A DNA stretch of 64,000 nt from NCBI GenBank assembly GCA_051003195.1, contig JBPCLP010000047.1, positions 160,401-224,400 on the forward strand. Reading direction: 5' to 3'. The stretch is from Candidatus Sumerlaeaceae bacterium. GTDB taxonomy: Bacteria > Sumerlaeota > Sumerlaeia > Sumerlaeales > Sumerlaeaceae. Of this stretch, positions 1 through 10,369 are shown one piece after another (the first letter of the stretch is position 1; each line of letters opens with the position of its first letter). A model generated the notes under the pieces. The model saw only the letters and a program-made list of their open reading frames with translations. It searched no databases and had not been told where the DNA came from. Made by a program: the position numbers and the translations under genes.

Positions 1-1
1 C

Positions 2-3000
2 ACAATCGAAATTCCACAGATCGCACAATGGCGACTCTATTTCAAAGGCCAGGAAATTCCTGCGTATGCTCCACCCGATGGGGGAGCACTCATACTCCCC
101 GTGGCTCCCGACGAGTTTCAGACACCCAATGAGGCCGTCTATTGGTTAAGAACTAGCGGGGACAATGAAAGCACGGCGCCGCTTCGACTTGAGATTTCAG
201 CGCCGCCCGAGGTTATACAAAGCGCCAGGCAAAGCACAATCACACTGGAAACAGTGGCCGAAAAACTGGAAGACTATCATGCGAGGCTCCGGCCAACCTC
301 AACTTCCACACGCTTTTACTGGAAGTCGATTCTGCCTCGTGTCACTGGACTTTTTGAAACACCACTGCCGATGGAGTACGATCCTTCGGGTCCTACGTCA
401 GTGGATGTGTTATACGGTATATCCAACTACGCCACTGCTTACCCTGCCGTACGTCTTTTTGCCAACGCACAGGAGTGCGGCGTTACAACCCTGACCTCAC
501 AGCAGGGCGTGCTGCAATTTTCAATTCCACGTGGAGTCCTGCGACCAGGCGCGAATACATGCGGTTTGCGCCTGGAGTTTCCAGCCGACGCGAGCGGCGG
601 ACACGACATCCTGATCCAGTCATTTGAATTCCGGTGGGGCCAACCTCTTAGCTCCACGTTACCCACCGGGTTTTTCCAGTGGGAAGCCTCGTCTCCGTCC
701 CAGACATTAATGCTCCCGTTGAAGGGTCCGGCCTCGGCTGCACCACTGCTGGCTGGATTCAACAATCGAACCGTCTCGCTTCTCCGCGGGGGCCTGAGCC
801 GGTTCAAAAGCGTGCTCGCATACCCAGCCGCAACCGGCGCTTCGTCGTACTGTTTTCTGCACGAGCGATCCACCACGGGGGTTTCCCATCTGCGGCGCAT
901 CACGGACTTTCATGAAGTGAGTCCGACCGACGCAGATTACATAGCCGTTGCTGCACCGGAATTGTTGGATAATCTCCACCCGCTTCTAAATGTGCATTCA
1001 GGCAACGGGCATCGCGTCTTAGCGCGCGACGTGACTTCTATTTTCGACCAATTCAATTACGGGCACCGGGATGGCGAAGCGATCCGCCGCTTTGTACGCT
1101 TCCTATTCCAGAACGCGAACGTACATAAGCCTCAGTTCCTTTTGCTTGTGGGCGAGTGTAGCGATTATAGGGGCAACCCTGATTTGTTGCCCTTGGGTGG
1201 ACAACCCGACATGGTGCCGACAATCGGCTCCTACGTCGGCGAAGGCATGCACGGAGACCAGGGTTTTGCACAGATCGCCGGCGATGACATGCTGTCGGAT
1301 CTCGCAGTCGGTCGATTGTCTGTCGCGACAACCCAAGAACTGGAAGCCATGCTTCACAAATTTGAGGCGTATCGTACCGGCAAACTTGGCGACTGGATTT
1401 ACCGTGCTCAGTTCCTGATGGACGATAACGATGAATTTCAACGCGTAGTGCAGCAGGTTATCGCGCGCTCCATGGCGCCGCCCTCCGAAATCGGAGTATT
1501 GCGCCAGGCCGATTTCACGTACGTTCCCAACCTGCGCGTCCCCAATCGCCGGAGATCGCACGAAGCCACCGCTGCCATGCTGCAAGAGTTCAACTACGGT
1601 GCCGCCGTCCAGAATTTCTTTGGGCACGGGGGACCGAATCTTTGGTCGCACGAGCGGCTGTTCCATTTGATGGATCTGCCCTTGCTGCACAACGAGAACA
1701 GGTTACCTCTAATCACGTGCCTCAGCTGCGATAATGCGTGGATGGATTACCCTGTGAAGCCGGTAAGCTCCTCTATGGGCGAACTACTCGTGCGCAAGGG
1801 CAACGGCGGCGCCATAGGGCTGTTTGGGCCCGTGGCCGGAGCCAGCCCTTACGAGCACCAGACGCTGGTTTCCCGCTTAATGGAGGGTGTTTATCGCACA
1901 GGCGAGCGGCGTCTTGGGTCGCTTACGATGTACGCCAAGAACATGTACTATAATGAAACCCGGTCAGGGTCCTTGCCGGAGCAGTACGTCCTTCTCGGCG
2001 ACCCCGCGCTTGAACTTCGGGTGCCGAAAACCAGTCCAGACCTCCAGGTTTCGCCCGACTCATTGCTTTCTGGAACCACCGCTACAATCAAGATCAAGAC
2101 GGCCAAAGCCATTCAGGAGGCGTTAGTGATGGCGCGCACCATGTCCGCAACTGACTACGAGAGCTCAGCACCTGTCAGCAGCGCAGGCCGGGCAGCGATG
2201 GAAGTGAATGTCGACCAACCGGGATCTATGTCGGTACAATGGAATTCGCAAGCACAGCCATTTGAATCGTTGTCGGGTAGAGTGGAAGCAGAGCCCGCTC
2301 CGGCTCCGGCAAGCAGCGCCGAGGTTAGCAGCGGCACACAACCCGAGCTTTCGGACTTGTTAATTATACCCGTTGAGCCGCTTACTCCAACAGGTGATCC
2401 GAACCAGACAGAGGTCCCGGTCTTGCGTTTTCTTGCACGTAATACCGGTTTGGACGTCAGTTCCACACTGACTGCATTTCTGCGAATGGCGACGGAGCCG
2501 CTTACAGACATGATCAACATTCAGGCATTAGCTCCAGACGCCACTCAGCTGATAAGCTTTGTGCTGAAGCGCCAGCTCCAAAGTGGAACTAACGAACTCG
2601 AATTACTACTCGTACCGAATGAGGGCGCGCAAGGAACCACCGACTCGCGCCAGTTGAAGTTAAACGTGGGCGGTGCCGCTGAGTTGGAATTTCTGCCAGG
2701 CTCCGCGCGCGCGCGTTCCACCACCGATTTTGTGCAGCGCTCCACGGTGTTTCTCGACGCAGTCCTGAGAAATTCTGGCTCTACTTCGGCGAAAAGCATT
2801 ACACTGCACGCGTTGCTGGATCATCCGGAGACCGGCGCGGAACTACAGACAATCAACGACACCAATATGGGCTCAATCGACGAACTGCCTCCGGGTGAGC
2901 AGCGCACCGTCACCTTCCGCTGGGAAAATGCATTGGATGTCGGCGAAAAGCACATTTTCCTCGTCGCCAACCGCACTCATTCCATTGTGGAATCGCGCTC

Positions 3001-4222
3001 TGACAACAACACCATCGCGGTCCCTGCTTTTACTCTGAAGCCCCTTGGAAACTTTCTCGTTAAAACGCTTGAGACAAGCCCTGCAATCGCGTCGCCGGGA
3101 GAACCAGTCCGTATTGGCGTCACCGTCACCAACGATTCGGGAACCTCTCGAGGTCCGGTCGATTTGGAGATTGGTCTTCGAAACATTCAGACCAACGAGA
3201 CTACATTCACTCGCATAACCCTTGCCCAGTTGGGGGCCGAAACCACCGTTTCCCATGCCATGCAGATGGACGCCAATTATAACGCGGCATACGCGACCAT
3301 TAACCCGGCGCGGGAATTGGAGGAAGTTATTCCGGAGGACAATACACGTGTGAGCGAGACAATGCTGGCGTTGCCTCTTTCGACTCTAATGCCACCCGGC
3401 GAGAAACAAACCTATTTCCGAAACGTGTTCACAGTTTGCCGCACCTGGAACATGGACCCCGTGAGCACTGATGTTCTTGAAGTCTCCGAAGCATTCACTT
3501 CAAGTACCGGGATGTTACCGATTGATCCGAAGTGGTATCTACGCGGCCAGATTAGAACACCTGAAACGTCCGACAGTCAGACTAACGACAACGCCTGGTC
3601 GTTTGATTTCTTTAAGCTGGAAGCCGCACTTAGGGAAGAAGCAGGTGTCGTGACCTTCAAATTCCCCGTCAGCGAGGCAGCCGCTTCGTGGCCATTTGCA
3701 ATTTACGCAAATCTCGCGGCGGCTGCAAGTTTCCAGGGTGGCCCCATCGGAGCTTTCGATGCAAAGTTTTCGGATGGCGCAGACTGGCACCATTTTGATT
3801 TCACGCAAAGGACCAGCCAGCCGATCATGCACCGTGCTTTGCTCACAACGACAACTTTGCACGACGGGATGGCGCAAATATCGATCCAACATACAAGCGG
3901 GACTGCTGTCATCCTGACCGAGTTGGAAGCCGTGCCGCAGGTCGGGGGTATCGAATCTCCCGTGATTCGTCTGGATCGTAAAGCGGCAGCTGGATACGCA
4001 GTGAACGCCGCAGTAACGGGAGCCACGCCGGAAAAGGTATGGCTGCAGGCAAGGACCGGAATCCACGCCAATGGCGAGCTGACATGGAGCAACTGGAAAG
4101 GCATAAATGGCCTGACGCTGAAAATTAGTTCCACTGATGACGTGATGCAATGGCGCGTTTTTGTCCAGCCACAGGCGGGAATGCGCCCGCGTATAAACGA
4201 TGTTATATTGGCCGAACAGTGA
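2..4222 (+). CDS. C25 (gingipain/PorU-like) cysteine peptidase with C-terminal CARDB/Ig-like domains; 5'-partial
   Basis: Frame is open from position 2. C25 motifs: FLLLVGE, VGRLSV, FFGHGG (catalytic His), ITCLSCDN (catalytic Cys), YVLLGDP. CARDB-like 'E..DNN' repeats downstream. Confidence 0.8.
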   Translation, partial: TIEIPQIAQWRLYFKGQEIPAYAPPDGGALILPVAPDEFQTPNEAVYWLRTSGDNESTAPLRLEISAPPEVIQSARQSTITLETVAEKLEDYHARLRPTSTSTRFYWKSILPRVTGLFETPLPMEYDPSGPTSVDVLYGISNYATAYPAVRLFANAQECGVTTLTSQQGVLQFSIPRGVLRPGANTCGLRLEFPADASGGHDILIQSFEFRWGQPLSSTLPTGFFQWEASSPSQTLMLPLKGPASAAPLLAGFNNRTVSLLRGGLSRFKSVLAYPAATGASSYCFLHERSTTGVSHLRRITDFHEVSPTDADYIAVAAPELLDNLHPLLNVHSGNGHRVLARDVTSIFDQFNYGHRDGEAIRRFVRFLFQNANVHKPQFLLLVGECSDYRGNPDLLPLGGQPDMVPTIGSYVGEGMHGDQGFAQIAGDDMLSDLAVGRLSVATTQELEAMLHKFEAYRTGKLGDWIYRAQFLMDDNDEFQRVVQQVIARSMAPPSEIGVLRQADFTYVPNLRVPNRRRSHEATAAMLQEFNYGAAVQNFFGHGGPNLWSHERLFHLMDLPLLHNENRLPLITCLSCDNAWMDYPVKPVSSSMGELLVRKGNGGAIGLFGPVAGASPYEHQTLVSRLMEGVYRTGERRLGSLTMYAKNMYYNETRSGSLPEQYVLLGDPALELRVPKTSPDLQVSPDSLLSGTTATIKIKTAKAIQEALVMARTMSATDYESSAPVSSAGRAAMEVNVDQPGSMSVQWNSQAQPFESLSGRVEAEPAPAPASSAEVSSGTQPELSDLLIIPVEPLTPTGDPNQTEVPVLRFLARNTGLDVSSTLTAFLRMATEPLTDMINIQALAPDATQLISFVLKRQLQSGTNELELLLVPNEGAQGTTDSRQLKLNVGGAAELEFLPGSARARSTTDFVQRSTVFLDAVLRNSGSTSAKSITLHALLDHPETGAELQTINDTNMGSIDELPPGEQRTVTFRWENALDVGEKHIFLVANRTHSIVESRSDNNTIAVPAFTLKPLGNFLVKTLETSPAIASPGEPVRIGVTVTNDSGTSRGPVDLEIGLRNIQTNETTFTRITLAQLGAETTVSHAMQMDANYNAAYATINPARELEEVIPEDNTRVSETMLALPLSTLMPPGEKQTYFRNVFTVCRTWNMDPVSTDVLEVSEAFTSSTGMLPIDPKWYLRGQIRTPETSDSQTNDNAWSFDFFKLEAALREEAGVVTFKFPVSEAAASWPFAIYANLAAAASFQGGPIGAFDAKFSDGADWHHFDFTQRTSQPIMHRALLTTTTLHDGMAQISIQHTSGTAVILTELEAVPQVGGIESPVIRLDRKAAAGYAVNAAVTGATPEKVWLQARTGIHANGELTWSNWKGINGLTLKISSTDDVMQWRVFVQPQAGMRPRINDVILAEQ

Positions 4223-5247
4223 ACCTTTCGCCCGTAAATCGTCGAGAGCTCAAGGCCGTTGGGATTATCTGGCTGTCGCTCTTCGTCATCGCCACAGGCG
4301 CTCTGTTCGTGCTTCAGCACAATGCGCACAAGATTATCTATCACCTGCAGTACGTCTCAGTTAACCGTTTTCAAAAGGCGTTGGCGCTGTATACCGAAGC
4401 CGAAAAAAGAGCACATGAAGTGCTGCGAAAGCGTGAGACCACAAACGTAAACTCCGCTTCTGCAGTAGCTGTTGCGGCCAGCGATCCCGATGTGCTCGCC
4501 GCACAGGAACTTTTCGAACAGGCATTTGCGACCGATCCACGGGATCGATTTGCGGCAGAGCATGAACGCTATTATACGATGCTTGGCGACACGCTGGGTT
4601 GTGCCGGTTTACAGTCGCCCCAGTTGGTGGCTTACGCCCGGGCTGCCATCGCGCGGCGCGACTTCTCAACAGCGCAGGATTACCTCGACCGCGTCACCGC
4701 AAAAGACAACGCTGACCCCGATCTCGCTCTGGCAAACGCACAGCTTGCGTGGGTATCGGGACGAAAAGCCGACGTCGAAAACGAATTGCACAAAGTGCCG
4801 CCCGACAAATGGTCATCGGACGCCCACTTGCTCAAAGCAAAAGTTCTCATGGAGGCCGGCAAGCTGGCCGATGCTGCAACAGAACTGCAGAGCTCACTTA
4901 AAGGAGCGAAGTCCCAGGTCGACATCAGGAAATTTCTCGCGTCCGTATACAGTCGTTTGGATAAGCCCGCACAAGCCCTGTCGGCGCTCGAAGAAGGCAG
5001 AAGTCATGGTGGCGATTCAGACGGCAACTACATGCACATCTTTGGCGATTTGCTTCGACTTCAGGGGCGTACTCCAGACGCCATCAAGGCCCTGAAAGAA
5101 GCTGCACGGCTGGAGCCCAACAGCGGCGCGGTACAGCTCAGCCTCGCCCGTGCATACGAAGCTGCCGGTCAGGCGCGCAGTGCCTCACGGGCACTGCAGC
5201 GCGCAACGGTTCTCGAACCAAAGCTCCAGGCAGAGCTACTCAAATAG
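4219..5247 (+). CDS. Membrane-anchored TPR protein
   Basis: GTG at 4219 overlaps the upstream TGA. N-terminal TM helix followed by TPR-like helical repeats. Confidence 0.7.
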   Translation: MNLSPVNRRELKAVGIIWLSLFVIATGALFVLQHNAHKIIYHLQYVSVNRFQKALALYTEAEKRAHEVLRKRETTNVNSASAVAVAASDPDVLAAQELFEQAFATDPRDRFAAEHERYYTMLGDTLGCAGLQSPQLVAYARAAIARRDFSTAQDYLDRVTAKDNADPDLALANAQLAWVSGRKADVENELHKVPPDKWSSDAHLLKAKVLMEAGKLADAATELQSSLKGAKSQVDIRKFLASVYSRLDKPAQALSALEEGRSHGGDSDGNYMHIFGDLLRLQGRTPDAIKALKEAARLEPNSGAVQLSLARAYEAAGQARSASRALQRATVLEPKLQAELLK

Positions 5248-5253
5248 TACCCT

Positions 5254-5886
5254 TCAAGGTGCCGTGTTAGCCAGGGCGCTGTTTCCTGCTGAAGCAAAGT
5301 TCTGAAGGATTTTGAGTCCGGTTGCCTGGCTCTTTTCCGGGTGAAACTGCGTGCCGCCGACATTCTCGTGCGCAACCGCTGATGTGAACTGGATGCCATA
5401 CTCCGTCGCTGTGGCCGTCATGCCCCCATCCACCGGCACTACATAATAGGAGTGGACGAAATAAACGAACGGTTCGGGTCCAAGATTCTGAAACCAGGGC
5501 GAGCTTGTCCGAACCTCCAGCCGGTTCCAGCCCATGTGCGGAACCTTCAGCTGCATCGCAGGAAAATGACGCACCTCGCCGCGGAGTATCCCCAGGCCTT
5601 CTGTCCCGGGATCCTCTTCACTGCTTTCGAAAAGTATCTGCATTCCCAGGCAGATTCCAAACAGTGGGCGGCCCGAGGCTGCATAGTGCCGCAATGGTTC
5701 AACCAGGGACCTCTCCTGCAATCCGCGCATGGCATCGCCAAAAGCGCCGACACCCGGGAGCACGAGTTGTGACGCCGCATCGATACAACCCGGTGTCGAA
5801 ACCAGTTCCGTTGCGTAGCCGAGTTTCTGCAGTGCTTTTTCAACACTGCGGAGGTTGCCCATCCCATAGTCTACGATCGAGATCAT
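5254..5886 (-). CDS. hisH: Imidazole glycerol phosphate synthase, glutaminase subunit
   Basis: DYGMGNLRSV, LPGVGAF, GICLGMQ, VPHMGWN and QFHPEKS motifs. Confidence 0.97.
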   Translation of the reverse strand: MISIVDYGMGNLRSVEKALQKLGYATELVSTPGCIDAASQLVLPGVGAFGDAMRGLQERSLVEPLRHYAASGRPLFGICLGMQILFESSEEDPGTEGLGILRGEVRHFPAMQLKVPHMGWNRLEVRTSSPWFQNLGPEPFVYFVHSYYVVPVDGGMTATATEYGIQFTSAVAHENVGGTQFHPEKSQATGLKILQNFASAGNSALANTAP

Positions 5887-5926
5887 GAGATAGCCGTAGA
5901 GCCGGACCGCTCTTTTATTTTAGCAG

Positions 5927-6823
5927 TCACTCCTGCTTTCCGCCGCGCTGCACACCAGTGTCGCCAAAGCGGCGTCGGTGCTCCTCGTCGATCGCACGTT
6001 GTTCCATGGATTTTTCGTCGCGTCCCATCAGCTTCTGCAGCGCAGTGCCAGGTTTTGGCTCGCGCATCAGTGTCTCGCCTACCAGGATGGCATCCACGCC
6101 GAACGAACTGAGCTGCTGCACATGCTCATACGTTTGAATGCCGCTTTCTGCAACGAACATGTAGCCCGGAAGTGGAGCCCCCAGCAGGCGCATGATTTTC
6201 TGCGTCTGCTTCAGGTCTACGGAAAATGTGCGAAGATCCCGGTTGTTAATACCGATAATGCGCGCGCCCAGTTCCGCCGCGCGATCTGCCTCGGCTTCCA
6301 GGTGCACTTCAGTCAGTGCATCCATCCCCAGTTCGTTCGCGAGTTCGCGGTAATCGACCAGCTGATACTTGTCGAGAATGGATGTAATTAGAAGTATCGC
6401 CGCCGCACCCGCGTCGCGAGCTTCGTACACCTGGTACTCGTCGATCGTGAAATCTTTGCGCAGTAACGGCATGTGATCGTCTTCAAATTCCGCGCGGATC
6501 TGCCGAAGATAATCCAGCGATCCGGCAAAGAATTCCTCATCCGTAAGTACGCTGATTGCAGCTGCGCCGTGCTCCGCGTAATCAATCGCGATGCGGATCG
6601 GGTCAAAATCCTCCCGGATAACTCCTTTGCTCGGCGACTTCTTCTTCACCTCCGCAATCACGTTGACCGTCTCCTCGTCACCACGGTGAATTGCCGGAGC
6701 GAACAGCGGGGGACAGGGCATATCGAGCATGCGGCTCTTTAGATCCGCGAGTGGAACCTTCCGCTTTGCGTTCTCCAGAAATTCGCGTTTGTACTCCACA
6801 ATCTGTTGAAGAATGGTCGACAT
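5927..6823 (-). CDS. trpC: Indole-3-glycerol phosphate synthase
   Basis: IAEVKKKSPSKG, ISVLTD, LRKDF, IGINNRDL and VAESGI motifs. Confidence 0.97.
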   Translation of the reverse strand: MSTILQQIVEYKREFLENAKRKVPLADLKSRMLDMPCPPLFAPAIHRGDEETVNVIAEVKKKSPSKGVIREDFDPIRIAIDYAEHGAAAISVLTDEEFFAGSLDYLRQIRAEFEDDHMPLLRKDFTIDEYQVYEARDAGAAAILLITSILDKYQLVDYRELANELGMDALTEVHLEAEADRAAELGARIIGINNRDLRTFSVDLKQTQKIMRLLGAPLPGYMFVAESGIQTYEHVQQLSSFGVDAILVGETLMREPKPGTALQKLMGRDEKSMEQRAIDEEHRRRFGDTGVQRGGKQE

Positions 6824-6829
6824 TACCTG

Positions 6830-7870
6830 CTACGGTTTACCGCTCTGTTCGGCCCGGGAGGTAAGCGTTACCAGCTGCTCCAGCTTGTGCATCGCCGCGT
6901 CCGATTCAATAGATTTGCGCGCAGCAGCAATTCCGTCCGAAAGGTTCGCTGCTTTTCCTGCCACCCATATTGCGGCCCCGGCGTTCAGCAATACAATATC
7001 GAGGTCCGCGCCTGGTTCGCCATCCAGCACGCGCTCCAGCATGCGTGCATTTTGCGATGCATCACCACCCCTGAGCTCCGTAGGGTCGGCGAGCGAAATG
7101 CCATATTCCTGTGGTTGGATGGTAAGTTCGTGCACGTTACTCCCGCGAATCTCATATGCAAAGGTCGGCCCTGTGGTCGTAATTTCATCCAGCCCATCGG
7201 AACCATGCACTACAAGCGCATGCTCAGTTCCCAGCAAGGAGAGGACATCCGCCAGCAGGCGAGTCTTTCCGGGTACTGCAACTCCGAGAAGCTGGTGAGA
7301 GGCACCCGCAGGGTTCGCGAGCGGTCCCAGCAGATTGAAAATCGTCCGGAAGCCCAGTTCTTTTCGAATGGGTGCCACGTGTTTCATACTCAGATGATAA
7401 CATTGCGCGAACAGGAAACAGATGCCGATCTCCTCAAGCGCCCGTTCCATCACAGAAGCGTCGCAGTCGACGCGAACTCCGAGTTCCGCCAGCACATCCG
7501 CGCTGCCGCACTTACTGGTCATGGATCGATTCCCATGTTTTGCAACGCGAACACCTGCGCCCGCAGCAACGAACGCCGCAGCAGTGGAAATATTGAATGT
7601 GCCGCTGGAGTCACCGCCTGTGCCGCAGGTATCCAGGAGCGGACCAGCCGGACGCCGGAACGGTAGCGCCCGCGCGCGCAGCACGCGTGCAAACGCGGCC
7701 AGCAGCTCCGGAGTTTCTTCACGTGCCGCAATCGCCGTCAAAAGCGCAGCCATTTGAACTGGGGTCGCTTCGCCGCTCATCATTTCCATGGCGGCGCCCT
7801 CCACCTCCTGCTCGTTTCCACCAACAGGCTCCGCCGCCAGTATCCGATTCGTCAGGCTCGTGATGTTCAT
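6830..7870 (-). CDS. trpD: Anthranilate phosphoribosyltransferase
   Basis: DTCGTGGD, FNIST, KHGNRS, GSADVL and DGLDE motifs. Confidence 0.97.
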   Translation of the reverse strand: MNITSLTNRILAAEPVGGNEQEVEGAAMEMMSGEATPVQMAALLTAIAAREETPELLAAFARVLRARALPFRRPAGPLLDTCGTGGDSSGTFNISTAAAFVAAGAGVRVAKHGNRSMTSKCGSADVLAELGVRVDCDASVMERALEEIGICFLFAQCYHLSMKHVAPIRKELGFRTIFNLLGPLANPAGASHQLLGVAVPGKTRLLADVLSLLGTEHALVVHGSDGLDEITTTGPTFAYEIRGSNVHELTIQPQEYGISLADPTELRGGDASQNARMLERVLDGEPGADLDIVLLNAGAAIWVAGKAANLSDGIAAARKSIESDAAMHKLEQLVTLTSRAEQSGKP

Positions 7871-7914
7871 AGATGCAGATTTGTCACAACGAGGCGCACT
7901 ACAAGGTTTTCCTT

Positions 7915-9645
7915 CTAATTTTCCTGGCCTCGTGCAATAGGCATGCGACGGCCAAAGCCGAATGCCTTGCTCGTGACCTTCAGGCCGGGAGCGGCCTGCG
8001 CGCGCTTGTATTCCGCCAGTTCTATCATGCGAACCACGCGCCGGACAATCGCTTCCGGCGCCGCGCCCGAGGTGACAATTTCATCCGCTGTCTGGCGCTC
8101 CTCTACAAAGAGCCGTACAATTGCATCGAGGACCGGATAGGCAGGCAGGCTGTCGGAATCTTTCTGGTTTGGCGCGAGCTCGGCCGTCGGTTCGCGGTCA
8201 ATAATCGACTGCGGAATCGGCCCACCCATTCTGACGTTCATGTGCCGCGCCAGTTTATACACCATCATTTTCGGCACATCGGAAATAAGCGCGAGCCCAC
8301 CTGCCATGTCACCGTAAAGCGTGCAGTACCCTGCCGCCATTTCGCTCTTGTTGCCCGTCGATAATACAAGTGTGCGTGGCGCAACGATCGCATTGGAAAT
8401 CCACATGAGCACGGTACCGCGGATGCGCGACTGTAGATTCTCGTTCGCGATCGGGCATACCATCTTATCGTCGCCTTCGAAAATTCCCTGGATCACGGCG
8501 GAGCCCTCGGCGCCGAGCTCCTTCGTAAACGCCTCGAATGGAGCCTGGATTGGCACCTCGACGTGACGAATACCTAGTCCCTTCGCCAATGTTGCGCTGT
8601 CCGAGCGGGTGTCCGCGCTCGTATATGGGCCGGGCATGGACACGCTGATCACGTTCTCCGCGCCAAGCGCATCCACCGCCAGTGCCAGGACAACGGCCGA
8701 ATCGATGCCGCCACTACTTCCCACCACCACCTGCGTGAAACCGGTTTTGCTCAAATAGTCGCGCAGCCCCAGTTGCAACGCGCGCGCAATTCCAGCCGCT
8801 TCGTCGGTCATATCCATGGCTGACTGTTCGAAATCGATATGTGTCGCGGAATTCGCCGTATCCCAGATGACCGTTTTCTCCTCGAACCATCCTGCAGCGC
8901 ACGGTACACTGCCGTCCGGAAGCACGACGCAGCTCCCCCCGTCGAAAATCACCTGGTCGCAGCCGCCCACCTGGTTTACCAGGATAACAGGACGTCCCCA
9001 TCGTTTCGCGGTATGCCGCAGCATTTCGACACGTCGCAGTGGCTTTCCGCTAACGAACGGAGAAGCGCTGATGTTTACGATCATATCGACTTCTAATCGA
9101 GACAGCGCCTGGATGGGGTCCGTATCATAGAGGCGCTCGTCCTTCCAGAACTCGTTATCATTCCAGATGTCTTCACATACCGATGCGCCAATTCGGGTGG
9201 TTTTGCGGTGCAACACGTACTCGGCAATCGGCGGAATTACGTCAGGTGGACACGGCCTGAAGTACCGATCCTCGTCGAAAACGTCGTACGTAGGCAGAAG
9301 CTTTTTAAATGTAAAGCGTACGTCGCCTTTCGACGTAATGAGCGCAGCCGAATTTAGCAGCGGTTTCTTGCCGCCAAAAACATTACGGTGAACCGTCCCC
9401 ACCATGGTATCGATGCCATGGTGTGTACACGCGCCGCGAACCTGGTCCAGGGCTGCATCCGCTTCATGGATGAAGCCCTTGTATTCCAGCAGATCTTTGG
9501 GCGGATATCCAGGAATCGCAAGTTCCGGAAAAATCGCGAGCTGTGCGCCATTGGCCGCCGCTGCCGTAAGCTCTTCCACGATGCGGCGCGTGTTGTACGC
9601 AATGTTGCCCGTGATGGTGTTCAGTTGGCAGAGCGCAATTTTCAT
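7915..9645 (-). CDS. nadE: Glutamine-dependent NAD+ synthetase
   Basis: Nitrilase domain (FPEL, VCEDIW) plus SGGIDS, ENLQSRIRG, TGNKSE and PTAEL. Start moved to the ATG of MKIALCQ. Confidence 0.95.
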   Translation of the reverse strand: MKIALCQLNTITGNIAYNTRRIVEELTAAAANGAQLAIFPELAIPGYPPKDLLEYKGFIHEADAALDQVRGACTHHGIDTMVGTVHRNVFGGKKPLLNSAALITSKGDVRFTFKKLLPTYDVFDEDRYFRPCPPDVIPPIAEYVLHRKTTRIGASVCEDIWNDNEFWKDERLYDTDPIQALSRLEVDMIVNISASPFVSGKPLRRVEMLRHTAKRWGRPVILVNQVGGCDQVIFDGGSCVVLPDGSVPCAAGWFEEKTVIWDTANSATHIDFEQSAMDMTDEAAGIARALQLGLRDYLSKTGFTQVVVGSSGGIDSAVVLALAVDALGAENVISVSMPGPYTSADTRSDSATLAKGLGIRHVEVPIQAPFEAFTKELGAEGSAVIQGIFEGDDKMVCPIANENLQSRIRGTVLMWISNAIVAPRTLVLSTGNKSEMAAGYCTLYGDMAGGLALISDVPKMMVYKLARHMNVRMGGPIPQSIIDREPTAELAPNQKDSDSLPAYPVLDAIVRLFVEERQTADEIVTSGAAPEAIVRRVVRMIELAEYKRAQAAPGLKVTSKAFGFGRRMPIARGQEN

Positions 9646-9713
9646 AAGCTCGCACAAAGATCAACGCGGCTGGTGCTGTTTATTCCACACACCTCATCCG
9701 CGATCCGCAATCC

Positions 9714-10019
9714 TTACGCGCCACCGCCCTCCTGGATAACCGCGGGAACCCGGAAACAGCCGTCCTCGGATTCAGGCGCGTTGGATAGCGCTTCCTCGTT
9801 CGAAAGGGACGGCCTGCGCACATCCTGGCGGAAAACATTCTGCAGCGCCAGTGAGTGCGAAGTTGGCGGCACGCTGGACGTATCGAGCTCGCTTAGCTTG
9901 TCCACGTAATGCAGGATGTTTCCGAGCTCCTCCGCATAACGCGAGGCTTCCTCGTCAGTTAATTCCAGGCGGGAAAGAAGTGCGACGTGCCGAACAACCT
10001 CCGGGGTAATCTCCTGCAC
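9714..10019 (-). CDS. gatC: Asp/Glu-tRNA amidotransferase subunit C
   Basis: VRHVALLSRL, ELDTSSVPPT, ALSNAP and FRVPAVI motifs. Confidence 0.93.
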   Translation of the reverse strand: MQEITPEVVRHVALLSRLELTDEEASRYAEELGNILHYVDKLSELDTSSVPPTSHSLALQNVFRQDVRRPSLSNEEALSNAPESEDGCFRVPAVIQEGGGA

Positions 10020-10357
10020 TACTCTTCTTCCTCTTCCTCATCAGCTTCCACTTCTTCATCTTCCAGTTCCACTTCCTCGTCTTCAGTGTCGGTGGAGCCA
10101 GTTGCGGCCGCCTTGGCGCCACCAACAACCTGCGTGGCGGCCTCTGCGGCAGGTGCCGCCGGAAGCGTAGGCCGCTCCTGCAGTTTTTTCATGTTGGCAA
10201 AACGCACAACGAGCTTCTTCTCGCCTACCTCGCCGCCAAACTTCACAACCACCTTCTGGTCCGGTCCATCGCCGATTCGAAGCGTCACAGTTCCGTTCCC
10301 AAATTTCGGGTGCTTTATCTTGTCGCCCACGTCAAACGTCTCTACTTCAGCTGTCAT
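10019..10357 (-). CDS. Stand-alone PcrA/UvrD C-terminal Tudor-like domain with acidic tail
   Basis: FDVGDKIKHPKFGNGTV...VVVKFGGEVGEKKLVVRFANMKKL matches the PcrA/UvrD C-terminal domain pattern. D/E-rich C-terminus. Confidence 0.7.
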   Translation of the reverse strand: MTAEVETFDVGDKIKHPKFGNGTVTLRIGDGPDQKVVVKFGGEVGEKKLVVRFANMKKLQERPTLPAAPAAEAATQVVGGAKAAATGSTDTEDEEVELEDEEVEADEEEEEE

Positions 10358-10369
10358 GATTTTCCTGTT

